Shown here piece after piece: positions 9,216 through 19,669 of a stretch of DNA of 33,053 bases (positions are counted from its first letter, which is position 1; each line of letters starts with the position of its first letter). The position numbers were made by a program, and so were the translations under genes. This DNA comes from Octopus bimaculoides (lineage: Eukaryota). Where the stretch lies: positions 3,774,260 through 3,807,312 of the forward strand of contig NC_068997.1 in NCBI RefSeq assembly GCF_001194135.2, given 5' to 3'. The notes under the pieces are model-generated. The model saw only the letters and a list, made by a program, of their open reading frames with translations. It did not search any database and had not been told where the DNA came from.

Positions 9216-9892
9216 TATTTGTGTGTGCGTATGTGTGTAAGATGAATTTAAAGGGATAAATTCTCCACGTGGTCACCGTGGTAGCTCTCAGGTATATGGC
9301 TAACTGAGTCGATGATCACTGGCCATTAGCAATCCATCTGCAGTTCTTCTGGTGGGTAACTCAGTGTTCGCTTTTCTTGATTGTGAATATTATCAGGAGT
9401 GTAGATTTCAAATAATTATAAAGAACACGGTGACTGGTCATCATCAAAGTTTATGGTTTGTTATACAGCATAATTTGTTAGATAAATTGACCGACATGTG
9501 TTTCTGCTACAGAGACTATGTGCAGTTGTAAATGGAACCGAGCATAATTATCTGTGGACCTTATTTCAGGGTCCTTCAACAAGCGTGGTTCGAAGTGAAC
9601 TGTATTTGTTTATTTGTGGCTAGTTTAAGAAGCAAAGGGAAGCGACGGGAGGTTAGTCGACATCTATTTGGTAAAGACGTTCATTATGGCTGACCAAGGG
9701 ATAATCTTTTACGTGAATAGGTATCACCAAGAAAATTGGTTTGCCATCGTTGAGGAATTTCGTTTCCACTAAAACTTTATAAAATTCTCTCTCTATTTAT
9801 TTCTGTTTCACACAAACAAACACATACACACACATACACACAACTGGCCTCGACTTCATATTATGATTAAAGGTGTAAAACCCAAGTACCAC

Positions 9893-10290
9893 ACATGTAA
9901 TGGCTGTGTGGAAGAAGCTAGCTTCCCAACTACGTGGTTCTGGGTTCAGTTCCACTGTATGACACTTTAGGCAAATATCTTCTCCTATAACCTCGGGCTG
10001 ACCATGTGGGTAGATTTGGTGGAAGGAAACTGGAAGAAGCCCATCGTATATGTATACATATGTCTATGTGTGTGTGCCTGTGCTTGTTCCCCACCATCAC
10101 TTGAGAACCGATGTTGGTGTGTTTACGTCCCCGTAATATAGCGGTTCGGAATAATTAACCGATAGAATAAGTACTAGACTTACAAAGAATATGTCCTGGA
10201 GTCGATTTCTTCGACTAAAAAAAAAACACATTTTAAGGCGAAGCTCCAGCATAGCCGGGGTCAAAGAACTGAAACAAGGAAAACATAAAT
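9893..10290 (+). mobile_element. SINE family A, near full length
   Basis: A box TGGCTGTGTGG at 9901, B box GGGTTCAGTTCC at 9942, central TA/TG tract, and 3' part ...GTCGATTTCTTCGACT...GCTCCAGCATAGCC...GAACTGAAACAAG. Serves as the reference for the other family A copies here. Confidence 0.85.
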
Positions 10291-10301
10291 GAATATAATG
10301 T

Positions 10302-10544
10302 AATGTTGCGTTGGTGCATCATCACTTTTTTTTCAGCAGATTTTATTCAACAAAACAATAACAATATTTACCAAAACCATCTTTAAATGATGGTCTAACT
10401 GTCTAACAAGCAAATGGGAAGCAGTAATTGAAGCATATGGGGAATATGCTCCAGAATAATGTGTTTTTGTTACATGTCGTTACTGTTTTTGTTGAATAAA
10501 ATTTGTTGAAATGAAGTCACAATAATTATGCATCAAACCCAATA
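10302..10544 (+). mobile_element. mariner-derived MITE/deletion derivative with long imperfect TIRs
   Basis: About 10302-10377 pairs in inverted orientation with about 10462-10544. The core encodes LTSKWEAVIEAYGEYAPE* (10403-10459), a mariner transposase C-terminal W..V....G.Y pattern. The right end is CAAACCCAA-TA. Confidence 0.6.
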
Positions 10545-10732
10545 ATAATAATAATAATAATAACACAGTAAACATAAGAGCACCAAAGCAAACCACAGCA
10601 CATACCCAAGGCGCACAGAGCTGCGCTCGGTAGTGAAGTGAAAGCACGTTATAAAAATAAAACTACTGAACGATAATAATAATAATGAGAAGAAGAAGAA
10701 GAAGAAGAAGAAGAAGAAGAAGAAGAAGAAGA
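10541..10732. repeat. (AAT)n 10541-10566 and (AAT)n(GAA)n 10674-10732 microsatellites
   Basis: Seen directly. Confidence 0.9.
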
Positions 10733-11133
10733 ATGTAGCAAGACAATATAAATCCAAAAAGGAAGAATTCAAATGTTACTAGTAATGACTGAGGGTGCAT
10801 TGCAGCACATACATTGCTAGAAATAACCCTAACACTAAACCCCCAATAACCACAAATATAGTACAAGTCTATGTAATGACAGGGGAAGTAACCGCTCCAC
10901 AGACTTGTGCTACGTTTGTGGTTATAAGGGTCTTTGACTCTTATTTCTAAGCAGTGTATGCGCTACAATAGTCACTATGAGTGACTATTTATATATTAAT
11001 ATATATATGTATGTGTAAAGATTAAGATTAAGATTAATGTAATATAAAGCTGAAAAAAAAAAAAAAAATTAACACCAAATATACAGTGCGTGTGTTTTTA
11101 TTGGCTAAACTGGCAATATGACCATCCCCAAGT

Positions 11134-11141
<8 letters not shown>

Positions 11142-11182
<41 letters not shown>

Positions 11183-11290
11183 TTATTTATATATATATAT
11201 AGATATGTCTGTGTGTGTATGTATATATGTATGTAGGTACGTACGTACGTTTGTATGTATGTATGCATGTATGTATGTATGTATTGTATG
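11142..11290. repeat. (TA)n / (TATG)n low-complexity tract
   Basis: Seen directly. Confidence 0.9.
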
Positions 11291-11322
11291 AGACACCTTT
11301 GCTTCAAAAGAAATTTAAGCAA

Positions 11323-11538
11323 ACAAGTGCACTCAGAGAGCACAAAGCACCACCAAGGCAACACCAATGTCCTATGAATGATTAACCGGAGATGATTTTT
11401 AAAGTGAGAATATCTGAAATAAACTCGACTGCTCTCACAAACGAGAAGACTAAAATGAACCCGACCGCTCTCAGAAATTAAGTTAAAATGAAACGAAAAA
11501 TAATCCACAATCCTTTTCTGGTACCTGATCGATCCCAA
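11323..11538 (+). mobile_element. 5' part of a Helentron-associated (HINE/DINE-1-like) non-autonomous element
   Basis: ACAAGTGCACTCAGAGAGCACAAAGCACCACCAAGGCAACACC...GATCGATCCCAA matches a common octopus repeat (recalled). Its last 43 bp recur at 12123-12165. The family assignment is inferred. Confidence 0.45.
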
Positions 11539-12122
11539 TAGTAGTCATGGAATGTGAAGATGGGTGTGCAGGCCGTGTTTGTAATGCTGTGTGTGTGTCG
11601 TCTGCAGTGGAAATAGGAACACTTTTCTCTATGTAGGCCTTTTTTAGTCTATCCACTGATATAGTGTCTTTACGACCATAAAGGTCTATAATGAAAAATG
11701 CATCTGTGCGTGAAAGAAAACAGAAAGGACCTGCATACGGTGATGTTAACGGTGGTTTAACAACATCGTTGCGCTTAGAAACCTGAGACCAAGAAGTAAA
11801 CCTTCCTTCAAGGCAGGGCTAGAAATGAAATTGTCAAGTAGGTAAGAGGTTTTAAACAGGAGCGATATATTCAAAATTGGTTAAAGTTAAAATTGTCGAG
11901 AATAAATTAAATTTATTATTGTAACTGAATATGTTAGTGTTATTTAATTTCTGAAAGGTTTTGCTGCCGTGTGTTTAAAAGAGAGGCGAAACCAAAATAT
12001 TAGAAAGTAACGCCAACATAGATTACGTGGAAGCCATGAGCGTGCTTTCAAGGCAGATAATCAGAGAATGACTTGAAAGAACATAAGATCGAAATACATC
12101 ATGTAAAGTAAAAGAAATATAA

Positions 12123-12300
12123 AAAAATAATCCTGAATTCTTACCCGGTACCGGATCGATACCAAAATCTAATCAGTTCGTACCAGTCACGAGGCCAAAC
12201 ATCCTTGAATCCATCCATCAGGTCTTGAGATACCTCTCAGCGGACAAACAAACAAAGAAACAAACACGACTGGAAACAGTACCTCAGCCTTTACTAAACG
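12123..12300 (+). mobile_element. 3' part of the same HINE-like element
   Basis: CCGGTACCGGATCGATACCAAAATCTAATCAGTTC, a (CAAA)n tract and a terminal decayed palindrome ACCTCAGCC...; this layout is typical of DINE-1/HINE elements. Confidence 0.5.
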
Positions 12301-12303
12301 TCG

Positions 12304-12349
12304 TAGACACGCAGACACGCAGACACGCAGACACGCAAACACGCAGACA
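12304..12349. repeat. 8-bp tandem repeat (AGACACGC)n, about 5.5 copies
   Basis: Seen directly. Confidence 0.85.
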
Positions 12350-14344
12350 TGCCTCTACACTTTTCCGATACAAATTTTTCGCTGACATTTTGTCAAATGA
12401 CGAAGACGAAAAGAAGGTACCTAATTACAAAAATAAATAAATTGATTAATTAAATTAAAATCTTGTGATGACCAAGAATAGGCAGGAATACAACAAGACC
12501 TGCGATAAACTTCTTGGACCATACCAATAAACGATAGTGAAGAGTTTACTGCAGATCTTAGAATTACTAGGAATGTTATGAATATACACGATAGAGTAAT
12601 ATATTAAATGAATGATTAGAGGAAAACCTTTCGCATGAATACATCAAAGAATGATAGCTCACACTTACCTGTTTTGTTCTCATACAGAGTGTGTCCCTTG
12701 ATGTTCTCCCTCCGCCATCCTTCAATGTTTGACCTTTTTGTGCTCTTAGATATACCGCCCATCTACTTGTACAACCACATTCCTCTTTGACATAAATTTT
12801 ATCATTCTTTATTTATTGCCTCTCAAAACTTTCCAAAGTGTTCTATTCTGAAATTAGAATCACTTAAAGCTGACCTTTCAAAATCTCGTTAAAAGGCCGA
12901 TGAAGTCAGCGTTTTGATGACAGTCAAAGGAAATTGGTCATACATTCTCTTAATTCTCGTGACTGTCTCCTCTATTTTCGTAAGGTGTTATTACAATCAC
13001 GCATCGTTGTCATATGTACTGGGTATAGATTAAGTAAAAACAGTTTGGGCGAAAATGAGATGACAAAAACTAGAACAAATAATGCATTGCATTCAACCTT
13101 AAACTAATACTACTAATGCTTTACAAAAGCAAAACATTCAAAATAAAAGAAGCTCATATCATTAACGTAGCACAAATATGTAAGATAGCGAAAAGGTTAG
13201 AAATGATCGCTGTAATTTAAAATACAATTGCAAAAGTGAAAGTCGTGAACTTCATAATACTATTCTTCATACACGAAACATATAGGTACGATGCTGCTCT
13301 TTTGGTACATTATATAAATACACACATATACATACACCTATGTCCACACATGCACACACATATCTATCTATATATACATATGTGTGTGTGTGTGTGTGTA
13401 TGTGTGCGTGTGTGTGCCTTTACGTTTGAACATTCGTCATGTGAGAATATAAAATTTAAGAAATTGTAGTCGATAAGAAGTCGGTTGTACAGTTATTTTG
13501 TAATCACTACAATTGTTTCCACACAATGTAGTTCTTCAAAAATACAGGTATTTAATTATTCAACTGTCCGTTTACATAATGAGACCTAGTTGTGTTTCCT
13601 CAGGTGCTATCCGTCCGTCTTGGTTTGAATTTAGTAAATCTCACCCGAGAAATCACTAATAGATCTCATTATACAAGTAAAGAGTTGCATAATCAAATAC
13701 CTGTAATTTAGTGAGATTCGTTGTGTGGAAATAATTGTAGTGATTAAAAAATATCTGTCCAACCATACTTCTTGTTGGCTCCAATTTCTTCAATTTCTTG
13801 GCGATTTTTTTCCTCTGTCTTCCTTTTCTTTTGGACTTTCCTCTGTCTCCTGTTTTTGAAGAAGAACTTTGCTCGAAACGTAAAACACCCTTTGATTCCT
13901 TGCCTGAGTGTCTTATCAATACTATGCATCTATCACATTCTTGCGTTTTCGTTTCTTTTGTTGATTATTTTTCTGTATTTTTTTTTTTACTTATAGAAAC
14001 AACTGTAAAGCACTACATAACCTGACAAATCACAGACCGAGAGAAAAACATTAATAAATATCGCATCTATCCTATTCAGAAAAGCACAAGGAAAGACGAT
14101 GTTATTAGTAATAATGACAATGAATAGCAATATGACACTAAAAACATCTATGATAACCGCTACTGATATTAAGTATGCACCCGGAATACAATAATAAGAC
14201 TAACCGTAATCATGATGGACACAAATAACGCTATACACACCCTTATTATATCCAAATGAGACAAAACACACACAGAGTATACAGGAATACCACTGTACAC
14301 ACCCATAACATTCACATAGTATACACAGAGACTAAAGGTACACA

Positions 14345-14940
14345 TTATATAATATATTGCAACTCTGGTAAGCAACTACACCTTAAACCGAGGAAAGGGT
14401 ATAAATACTGTGTGAAGGAAAACCCGAAGAAACTAGATATGAACAAAAGTGATTGGGAAACTGATGTTCTGGATCGCAACGAGTGAAGAGGTGCAGTTAC
14501 GGCTGGTTGCAACACTTGGGAGGAAAAGATGATTCACCATTCTAACCTTGAATGACTTATCGCAAAGGAACAATTGGAACTGAAATCAACAGTGAATATT
14601 GGATATGTGGTGTGTGCGAACGTGTTCTGTTTTCAAAAGCAGGGTGCGGGAATCATAAGAAGTCATATGAAAATCGAAATGCCCAGGTAGGTAATAATCT
14701 TGAAGACAAACCGCCTCCTACGACTTGTGTCATATATCTAGACTTAAAAAAAGACGTATGCAAAGGTGTAGAAGAAACTTGAATAATCTCTGTTTTAAAC
14801 CCTGTCAATCAGCAACTGGTCTTAAAAGTCATTTCAGGACTAAGCAAGGAAGGGGGTTGTGCTGTGTGATGAGGTGTAGAGAGTGTGTTGATGGGTCGGT
14901 TATCATCCGTCAGGATGAAGCTACCATCATTTGTATGTAT
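14345..14940 (+). mobile_element. RTE (BovB-like) LINE 3' end, disrupted
   Basis: KPRKGYKYCVKENPKKLDMNKSDWETDVLDRNE*RGAVTAGCNTWEEK (RTE W..A.DR..WR pattern), then WICGVCERVLFSKAGCGNHKKS (C2H2-like) and LCFKPCQSATGLKSHFR. Confidence 0.8.
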
Positions 14941-15165
14941 GACTAAATGAAAGACTGCATGAACATTTGCAAGACGCAACGAAAAGTTTAGAAATATAAA
15001 TAATTAAATGAGTGTAAATTTTACTGGTGAGTGTGTTAAAAGACGATATTACCACCTTAAAATCTCCGAAAATAAGACACGGGCCCGTGGAGATGCGTGG
15101 AGATGCTTATAGCCGATTCCACGTAATAATTTGGTATATAATTATATATATATATATATATATAT

Positions 15166-15465
15166 NNNNNNNNNNNNNNNNNNNNNNNNNNNNNNNNNNN
15201 NNNNNNNNNNNNNNNNNNNNNNNNNNNNNNNNNNNNNNNNNNNNNNNNNNNNNNNNNNNNNNNNNNNNNNNNNNNNNNNNNNNNNNNNNNNNNNNNNNNN
15301 NNNNNNNNNNNNNNNNNNNNNNNNNNNNNNNNNNNNNNNNNNNNNNNNNNNNNNNNNNNNNNNNNNNNNNNNNNNNNNNNNNNNNNNNNNNNNNNNNNNN
15401 NNNNNNNNNNNNNNNNNNNNNNNNNNNNNNNNNNNNNNNNNNNNNNNNNNNNNNNNNNNNNNNNN
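15166..15465. other. assembly gap (N run)
   Basis: N run after (TA)n. Confidence 0.99.
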
Positions 15466-15586
15466 TCGAAAGGGAATGAAAAATAAAAACATTTACCATC
15501 TATTTCCTGAACCCTTGTTTCAAGCTATTTTCAGCAAAATGAAATAATTTGCTAGGCCAGATATCATCAGCAAGAAAGCCAAGATT

Positions 15587-15636
15587 AACATATAAACACG
15601 AGGCAATACATAGAACATGCCTCGTGCTTATATGTT
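15587..15636. repeat. small hairpin, 19-bp arms and 12-nt loop
   Basis: AACATATAAACACGAGGCA / TGCCTCGTGCTTATATGTT, one mismatch. Confidence 0.85.
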
Positions 15637-15735
15637 ATAATTTTTCATATCTACCGCGTATGTGCGGTTTTCTTATCGGCAGCAAATACAAAAAAGCCGA
15701 TTTTCTTCCAGAAATTGGCCAAAAAGTCATATCAT

Positions 15736-15965
15736 TATTAATAAATTTCAAGTTAGCAAAAAATTTAGAAATTATTTTTGCTACTGGTGGTCTAGCGAGA
15801 AGAAAACACTAGTCAATAGACTATATATTATTCATATAAATACTTACAGTGTACATGTATTTATATGAATAATATATAGTCTATTGACTAGTTTTTTCTT
15901 CTCACTAGACCATCGGTAGCAAAAATAATTTCTAAATCTGTTTGCTACCCTGAAATTTATTAATA
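15736..15965. repeat. foldback inverted repeat, ~108-bp arms and 13-nt loop (MITE-like)
   Basis: 15736-15843 is the high-identity reverse complement of 15857-15965; the loop is TTACAGTGTACAT. Confidence 0.92.
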
Positions 15966-15984
15966 TTTATATATATATAAGGTG

Positions 15985-16080
15985 AATATGGTACTTAAGT
16001 TTAGGCACCAGAATTAAGTATGGTATGATCCAAACAATTCCAAAATAAGGTGATTAAAATCAAAATAAGCAACAAGAATA
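15985..16080 (+). repeat. unclassified interspersed repeat (second copy inverted at ~23340-23480)
   Basis: TGGTACTTAAGTTTAGGCACCAGAATT aligns to the reverse complement of AATTCTGGTGCCTCAAACATTTTAAGTACCA at about 23430-23460. Confidence 0.45.
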
Positions 16081-16530
16081 TTCAAAGTTAATGCAGTAAG
16101 ATCATTTCATGTGACTCCATTTATTTAAGCAATGTGAGCATTATATTAAATGTAAAATGCAGAGCAATCTTCAGCTGCACAAAGATATAGAAATTTACTG
16201 AAATTTCATTTCAACAGAAGGTCATATTGTTGTAACTATATTTAAACACTCCAAGTGGAAAGAAAGAATACAAAAAAAAGAAAACCATTTTGACTTAGCC
16301 AGACCATACAGGCTAGTAATTAATTCCAAGCAGATTTTAACTGTCACTGATTGTATTTGTTTTTTTTTGTTTCATCTTATCAGACCTAGTGATTCGATGC
16401 TTAAGAGGGCGCCAGCCTTTTCCTTATAGGGAAAGGGAAGGGGTAAACAATATAGATGGATATGGTTATAAAGATTCTTTAGGTTTTAGTGACACACTAT
16501 TATAGGTTGGGCGTTTTCACTACTAGCAGA

Positions 16531-16714
16531 CCAGTTTATAATGGAGCAGGGAAAGTTTATAAGGGAGCAGCCCAATTTAAAATGGAGCAGGGAAAGTTTA
16601 TAAGGGAGCAGCCCAGTTTAAAATGGAGCAAGGAAAGTTTATAAGGGAGCAGCCCAGTTTAAAATGGAGGAGGGAAAGTTTATAAGGGAGCAGCCCAGTT
16701 TAAAATGGAGCAGG
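16531..16714. repeat. 41-bp minisatellite, about 4.5 copies
   Basis: ATGGAG recurs at 16541, 16582, 16623, 16664 and 16705. The unit is AAATGGAGCAGGGAAAGTTTATAAGGGAGCAGCCCAGTTTA. Confidence 0.95.
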
Positions 16715-16782
16715 TTAGATAGTAATAGACGTGATCATAATAAACCTGCTAACTTTCTCTCCCTCCCTCACTTTTTGTATTA

Positions 16783-17467
16783 NNNNNNNNNNNNNNNNNN
16801 NNNNNNNNNNNNNNNNNNNNNNNNNNNNNNNNNNNNNNNNNNNNNNNNNNNNNNNNNNNNNNNNNNNNNNNNNNNNNNNNNNNNNNNNNNNNNNNNNNNN
16901 NNNNNNNNNNNNNNNNNNNNNNNNNNNNNNNNNNNNNNNNNNNNNNNNNNNNNNNNNNNNNNNNNNNNNNNNNNNNNNNNNNNNNNNNNNNNNNNNNNNN
17001 NNNNNNNNNNNNNNNNNNNNNNNNNNNNNNNNNNNNNNNNNNNNNNNNNNNNNNNNNNNNNNNNNNNNNNNNNNNNNNNNNNNNNNNNNNNNNNNNNNNN
17101 NNNNNNNNNNNNNNNNNNNNNNNNNNNNNNNNNNNNNNNNNNNNNNNNNNNNNNNNNNNNNNNNNNNNNNNNNNNNNNNNNNNNNNNNNNNNNNNNNNNN
17201 NNNNNNNNNNNNNNNNNNNNNNNNNNNNNNNNNNNNNNNNNNNNNNNNNNNNNNNNNNNNNNNNNNNNNNNNNNNNNNNNNNNNNNNNNNNNNNNNNNNN
17301 NNNNNNNNNNNNNNNNNNNNNNNNNNNNNNNNNNNNNNNNNNNNNNNNNNNNNNNNNNNNNNNNNNNNNNNNNNNNNNNNNNNNNNNNNNNNNNNNNNNN
17401 NNNNNNNNNNNNNNNNNNNNNNNNNNNNNNNNNNNNNNNNNNNNNNNNNNNNNNNNNNNNNNNNNNN
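16783..17467. other. assembly gap (N run)
   Basis: N run. Confidence 0.99.
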
Positions 17468-17730
17468 TGTAACTAGCTTCACCGCTAACATAAACATTTA
17501 CAGTTCGATGGAGACTGTGCCTTGGCTCTTTAACTGCTCGAAATAACAGCCAAATATTCTTTTCAAATGACTACCTAAAGGTTTTAAATCAGGAAGGGCA
17601 CATTGATTAGTGTAGATTTAGATAGATCCTGCCAAAAAAAAATTTGAAATAATCAAATTAATTATATTGTTTAATTTTGCTGAGCAATCCAATAGACAGT
17701 TATGGTGTGTTGTCAGAAGTTCGACCCCAG

Positions 17731-17880
17731 TCAGTTTACGTCTACCAAATCCACGCACAAAATGTTCGTCGTCCCGAGGCTATACTAGAAGATACTTACC
17801 CAGGATGCTACCTAGTAGGACACAAACCGGAGCAATGTGGCTGGGGCGTAAACTTCTCACCACACGACCACACCAGCGCC
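17731..17880 (-). mobile_element. SINE family A, 5' half, degraded
   Basis: TCAGTTTACGTCTACCAAATCCACGCACAA...CTTCTCACCACACGACCAC; directly preceded by TCGACCCCAG from the 3' half. Confidence 0.75.
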
Positions 17881-17958
17881 TATACAGATACATCTGTGCA
17901 TGTGTGTGTGTGTGTGTGTGTGCATACATATAGATACATGTGTGTATGTATATATAAA

Positions 17959-18075
17959 GTAAACAGAAAATGGACAAATATTGATCAACAACAATTGACT
18001 AACATCAATTGGCAAAAAGTAATAATAGATGTTAGTTAATTGTTGTTGATCAATATTTCTCCATTTTCTGTTTAC
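17959..18075. repeat. hairpin, 48-bp arms and 21-nt loop
   Basis: 17959-18006 versus 18028-18075 differ at only 2 positions. Confidence 0.92.
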
Positions 18076-18163
18076 ATTCAGTTTGATTCCTAATAAACTC
18101 AAGTATATCTTTGACATTGCTTTTAACCTATGAACATAATATGCTTGCATATATATTTCCAGG

Positions 18164-18436
18164 NNNNNNNNNNNNNNNNNNNNNNNNNNNNNNNNNNNNN
18201 NNNNNNNNNNNNNNNNNNNNNNNNNNNNNNNNNNNNNNNNNNNNNNNNNNNNNNNNNNNNNNNNNNNNNNNNNNNNNNNNNNNNNNNNNNNNNNNNNNNN
18301 NNNNNNNNNNNNNNNNNNNNNNNNNNNNNNNNNNNNNNNNNNNNNNNNNNNNNNNNNNNNNNNNNNNNNNNNNNNNNNNNNNNNNNNNNNNNNNNNNNNN
18401 NNNNNNNNNNNNNNNNNNNNNNNNNNNNNNNNNNNN
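18164..18436. other. assembly gap (N run)
   Basis: N run. Confidence 0.99.
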
Positions 18437-18638
18437 ATGTTGTTAGCATACTCTAGTGTGTCCGACAAATCATAAATTCCCTTGGCGTGTAATGATCATG
18501 AAACTAAGTCTTTTCGCAAAAAATCTCTTATTTCGTCACATACTCTTAATTCCCCACACAACTGCATAACCAACTTCGTGATGTCTAGTATTTTCCTAAC
18601 AATAAAAATAATAATGTTGATACTAATAAGAATTAAAA

Positions 18639-18650
18639 AATAATAATAAC

Positions 18651-18729
<79 letters not shown>

Positions 18730-18910
18730 TTAATAAAAACAATAAGAACAATCGTAATAATATTAATCATATTAATAATAACAAGTATAATAAAACTAGC
18801 AATGTTAGTGATGGTGTTAATACGACAGGTAAAAAAGACATGCCTTTTATTGGAATGTGTGACCCGTCTAATAAAAACCACCATACCAATAACAAACACA
18901 ATAATAACAT
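18639..18910. repeat. (AAT)n microsatellite (pure to ~18728) with a decayed AAT-rich extension
   Basis: Seen directly. Confidence 0.9.
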
Positions 18911-19022
18911 AATTTGGTTTATATTTCCTTTTGCTAAACATTTGAAGTCTAATTTTATAATGTCTATTCGTTCTATTATTCGTAAAAATCAGCCAGAGCA
19001 AGTAATCAGAATATGAAAATAA

Positions 19023-19638
19023 TAGTTGAAAAATTTCGTTATAGGTACAAATATATCATAAACAAGTATAAAAGAAATAGAGGAAAAAAAGACGTTGAAT
19101 CGAAATTAGATTTAATACAAATTTAGATTCAATACATACGTACGTTTCGAAAGACAATACAAATATGTAAGAAAAAATTATGATAATAATAATTATAATT
19201 AAATTTAAGCATTGTTATTCTCATCAGTGTGAGGAAGTTTTGGAAGAAAATCAAAAAAAGGTTTAAGAAAACCTTATACAGATGGTATAATAGGGAAAAA
19301 TCGGATATTTACAAACAAGTTGTAAAAGAGATATTATTATTATTTTTCCCTTTTACAACTTGTTTGTAAATATCTGATTTTTCCTTATTACCCCATCTTT
19401 ATTCTCCCTTATTGTATCTTATTTCATTTTATTAAACCTTTTTTGATGTTCTTCGAGAATTTCCTCACACTGATGAAAATGAATATAGTTTTTCTCTACA
19501 TATTTGTATTGTCTTTCGAAAAGTGCGTATGTATTGAATCCAAATTTGTATCAAATCTAATTACGATTCAACATTTTGTTTTCCTCCATTTTGTACTTGA
19601 TTATGGTATATTTATACTTATAACGAAATTTTCAACTA
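19023..19638. mobile_element. ~620-bp foldback element (MITE-like), TA-bounded
   Basis: The left arm 19023-19328 and right arm 19350-19638 align in inverted orientation over about 290 bp, with indels. Ends read TA-GTTGAAAA...TTTTCAAC-TA. Confidence 0.8.
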
Positions 19639-19669
19639 TACAACTATGTATATATATATATATATATAT

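Noticed and set aside
13656-13919. Lys/Arg-rich minus-strand ORF (87 aa)
   Set aside because: It arises from a pyrimidine-rich plus strand, has no recognisable domain and lacks a convincing acceptor.
16531-16714. Possible CRISPR array
   Set aside because: Contiguous 41-bp tandem units with no unique spacers and no cas genes, in a eukaryotic context.
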